This document shows positions 61,940 through 64,000 of a DNA stretch of 64,000 nt, one piece after another. The notes beneath the pieces were generated by a model. It saw nothing but the letters and a program-made list of their open reading frames with translations, did no database searches and was not told where the DNA came from. Position 1 is the stretch's first letter, and every line of letters starts with the position of its first letter. The translations under genes and the position numbers were made by a program. This stretch comes from Octopus sinensis (lineage: Eukaryota): positions 15,996,001 through 16,060,000 of the forward strand of contig NC_043025.1 of NCBI RefSeq assembly GCF_006345805.1, given 5' to 3'.

Positions 61940-62360
61940 GAGCAAAATGCCTCCCCCCCGTCCAATGGATGGTGCTGAGTTGTCAAACATTTAAACCAAA
62001 TTTTCTCAAAACAACTTGTCTGACCGTCCCATAGGCCTCCTCTTTGAGAAACATTGATTTAACCTAAATTTGAGACACCAGCAAAAGAAGAAATAAAGAT
62101 AGACTTTTTATCCATTCCAAAGAAAAACGATTTTATTCACACAAATATGCAACCGAAGAGTTTAAAGTACCAGTAATGATAAGGCTGTTGACTGGGAGAA
62201 CACAATTGATTTTTGTAATTTTTTCAAGACTTATATACGCCCTGATACCGTTGGTATCTACATATCAAATTTGAGCACAATCAGATGGAGGATGCCCGAT
62301 ATCCAAGAAGACACACGGACAGACAGAATGGATTTTATATAATATATATATATATATAAA

Positions 62361-63215
62361 TGAGGTCTGATCAATAAGTATCCAGACCGGTGCTATAAAA
62401 ACAAAACTACAACACGTACCAATTTGGCATTTCATCTCCTTCCAAGTGGTCCTCTTCGGAAGCCACACACTTAATCCAGTGCTGTTTCCGTTAATGGAAG
62501 CATTCCTGGAACTTGTTTTCTGGAATAATCAGCAGCTGCCTCATCACACTCACTTTGATTTCTTTGATATCCTGAGATCTTCTGCCTCTCAAGCGAGATT
62601 TGATTTTTGGGAAGAGGAAAACATCATGAGGGATGCGATCTGGGGAATACGGTGGCTGTCGGACCTGGGGGAATGCTGTGCCTGGCCAAAAACTGCTGCT
62701 GAATGGGCAGGTGTGTTGTCACGGTGCAATTGCCACTCACCGGACACATGCAATTGTGGCCTTTTCCAACGACCAGCATCCAGTAAAACATCACGGTAAT
62801 ACTCCTGGTTTACTGTCTGACCAGCTGGAGCATACTCATGATGGACAATGCCCTTGTAGTCAAAGAAAACGGTCAGCAGTGTCTTAGTCATTCCTGCTTT
62901 TCTCTGTCTCAGAGAGGTTGGAGTCTTCCACTGCGAAGACTGAGCATTTGTTTTGGGGTCATAGCTATAGATCCAAGATTCACCACCCGTTATGACCATT
63001 TTCAAAAAGTTTTCATTGTTCTTGATACAGTCAAGGAGGTCTGAGTGTCAGCTGGAAGCAGTTTTGGCACAAATTTGGTTGACACGTGTCTCATACCCAA
63101 ATCTTCAGTCCAAATAATGGACTGATCTGAGCCATATTTAGTCTGCGCATCCTCTCATAACTCACCAATAGTTGTGATGCTTTTTTCAGTTCTACTGGTT
63201 GTGGATCTCTCAGAA
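62361..63215 (-). mobile_element. Second mariner family, 5'-truncated pseudogene
   Basis: The minus strand has TGGESWIYSYDP, TVFFDYKGIVHHEY, LHRDNTPAH and a frameshifted PYSPD. One TIR-like end at 62361 (tgaggtctgatcaataagtatcc). Confidence 0.82.
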
Positions 63216-64000
63216 GAGAGAAAGAGGGGGAGAGAGAGAACAGGAGAAAGAGAGAGACAGACAGACATAGAAAATGGTGATGGGGAGAAAAAAGGGAATT
63301 AGAGAAAGGATATATATATATATATCATCATCGTCACCGTTTAACATCTACCTTCCATGCTGGCATGGGTTGGATGGTTTGACAGGAACTGGCCAAGTAA
63401 AAGACTACCTCGGGCTACTGTGTCTGTTTTGGAAGGGGTTTTACGGTTGCATTATCTTCCTAATACCAACCACCCTGCAGGGAGGACTGGATGGGTTTTA
63501 TGTGGCTCCAGCACTGGCAGGGTCACCAAATAACTTGCAAGACAAAGGATCTTTGAGTGGGGAGGGGACATTGGGGGAGGTGAGCTTGTATCGAATGACG
63601 AAAGGTTAGAGTATAACAGAGGAACATACCCCCCCACGCCCCTGTATATATATTTCTTGGGGAATCTTCCTAAACCTGTCTATTCGTATGTGTTACTACA
63701 GAACGGTAATATCAAATCTGCTTTTACTCTTGCTGGGAATTTGTCTCTGGTTCTTCCACTAATAATGCTTAAGCCTGGTTTCGAAGGGTCTATGAGTCAG
63801 ATGGGTTGCTATGGAAATTGGATTTATGGTCTTTCATGATTGTAGAGGGGAATTTTGGTGCTAATATATCTATTCTATCATCTCGTTTAAGTTTGGTGGC
63901 TCCATTGGAACGCGCCATGCCCAGCCCAAATATTCTACCTGGTTTGTGTTGGAACCAGCCACCTCTCACCTCTCACACCTCCCCTCTACAATATCATTCT

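Noticed and set aside
57852-63941. Candidate next exons at 57852-57887, 59929-59970, 63702-~63750 and 63892-63941
   Set aside because: 59929 gives an immediate stop in the required phase 2. 63702 lacks a good donor. 57852 and 63892 are open but do not resemble the expected hydrophobic TM4. The next exon is probably beyond the window.

Overview
Repeat-dense, AT-rich animal genomic DNA. The SINE families and microsatellite style suggest an octopus-like cephalopod (inference). The window is almost entirely intronic. Five phase-compatible + strand exons (960-1009, 3558-4194, 24672-24699, 43567-43632, 47616-47682; 848 nt) join into one open frame encoding the TM2-TM3 region of an Aa_trans/AAAP-family amino-acid transporter (AVT3/ANT1/SLC36-like), with a ~200-aa low-complexity loop. 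The gene runs off both ends. The introns hold a CR1 LINE, a near-full RTE LINE with a PHD-type finger, a Penelope-like RT, mariner relics, MITEs, many SINEs and several foldbacks. The standout is a ~14-kb insertion (27765-41750) flanked by an 11-bp target-site duplication. It is one 5'-truncated RTE-clade LINE whose terminal 140 bp, ending in the 3' stem-loop, is repeated ~98 times before the normal (TGA)n tail. A solo insertion of the same 140-bp module lies at 7106-7263. Also notable are an inverted pair of minimal hammerhead ribozyme motifs just after a 28-nt micro-exon, and a SINE shared almost identically at the same site in two ~10%-diverged mariner copies. No tools were run: coordinates and alignments are by eye, and family names come from motif recognition.
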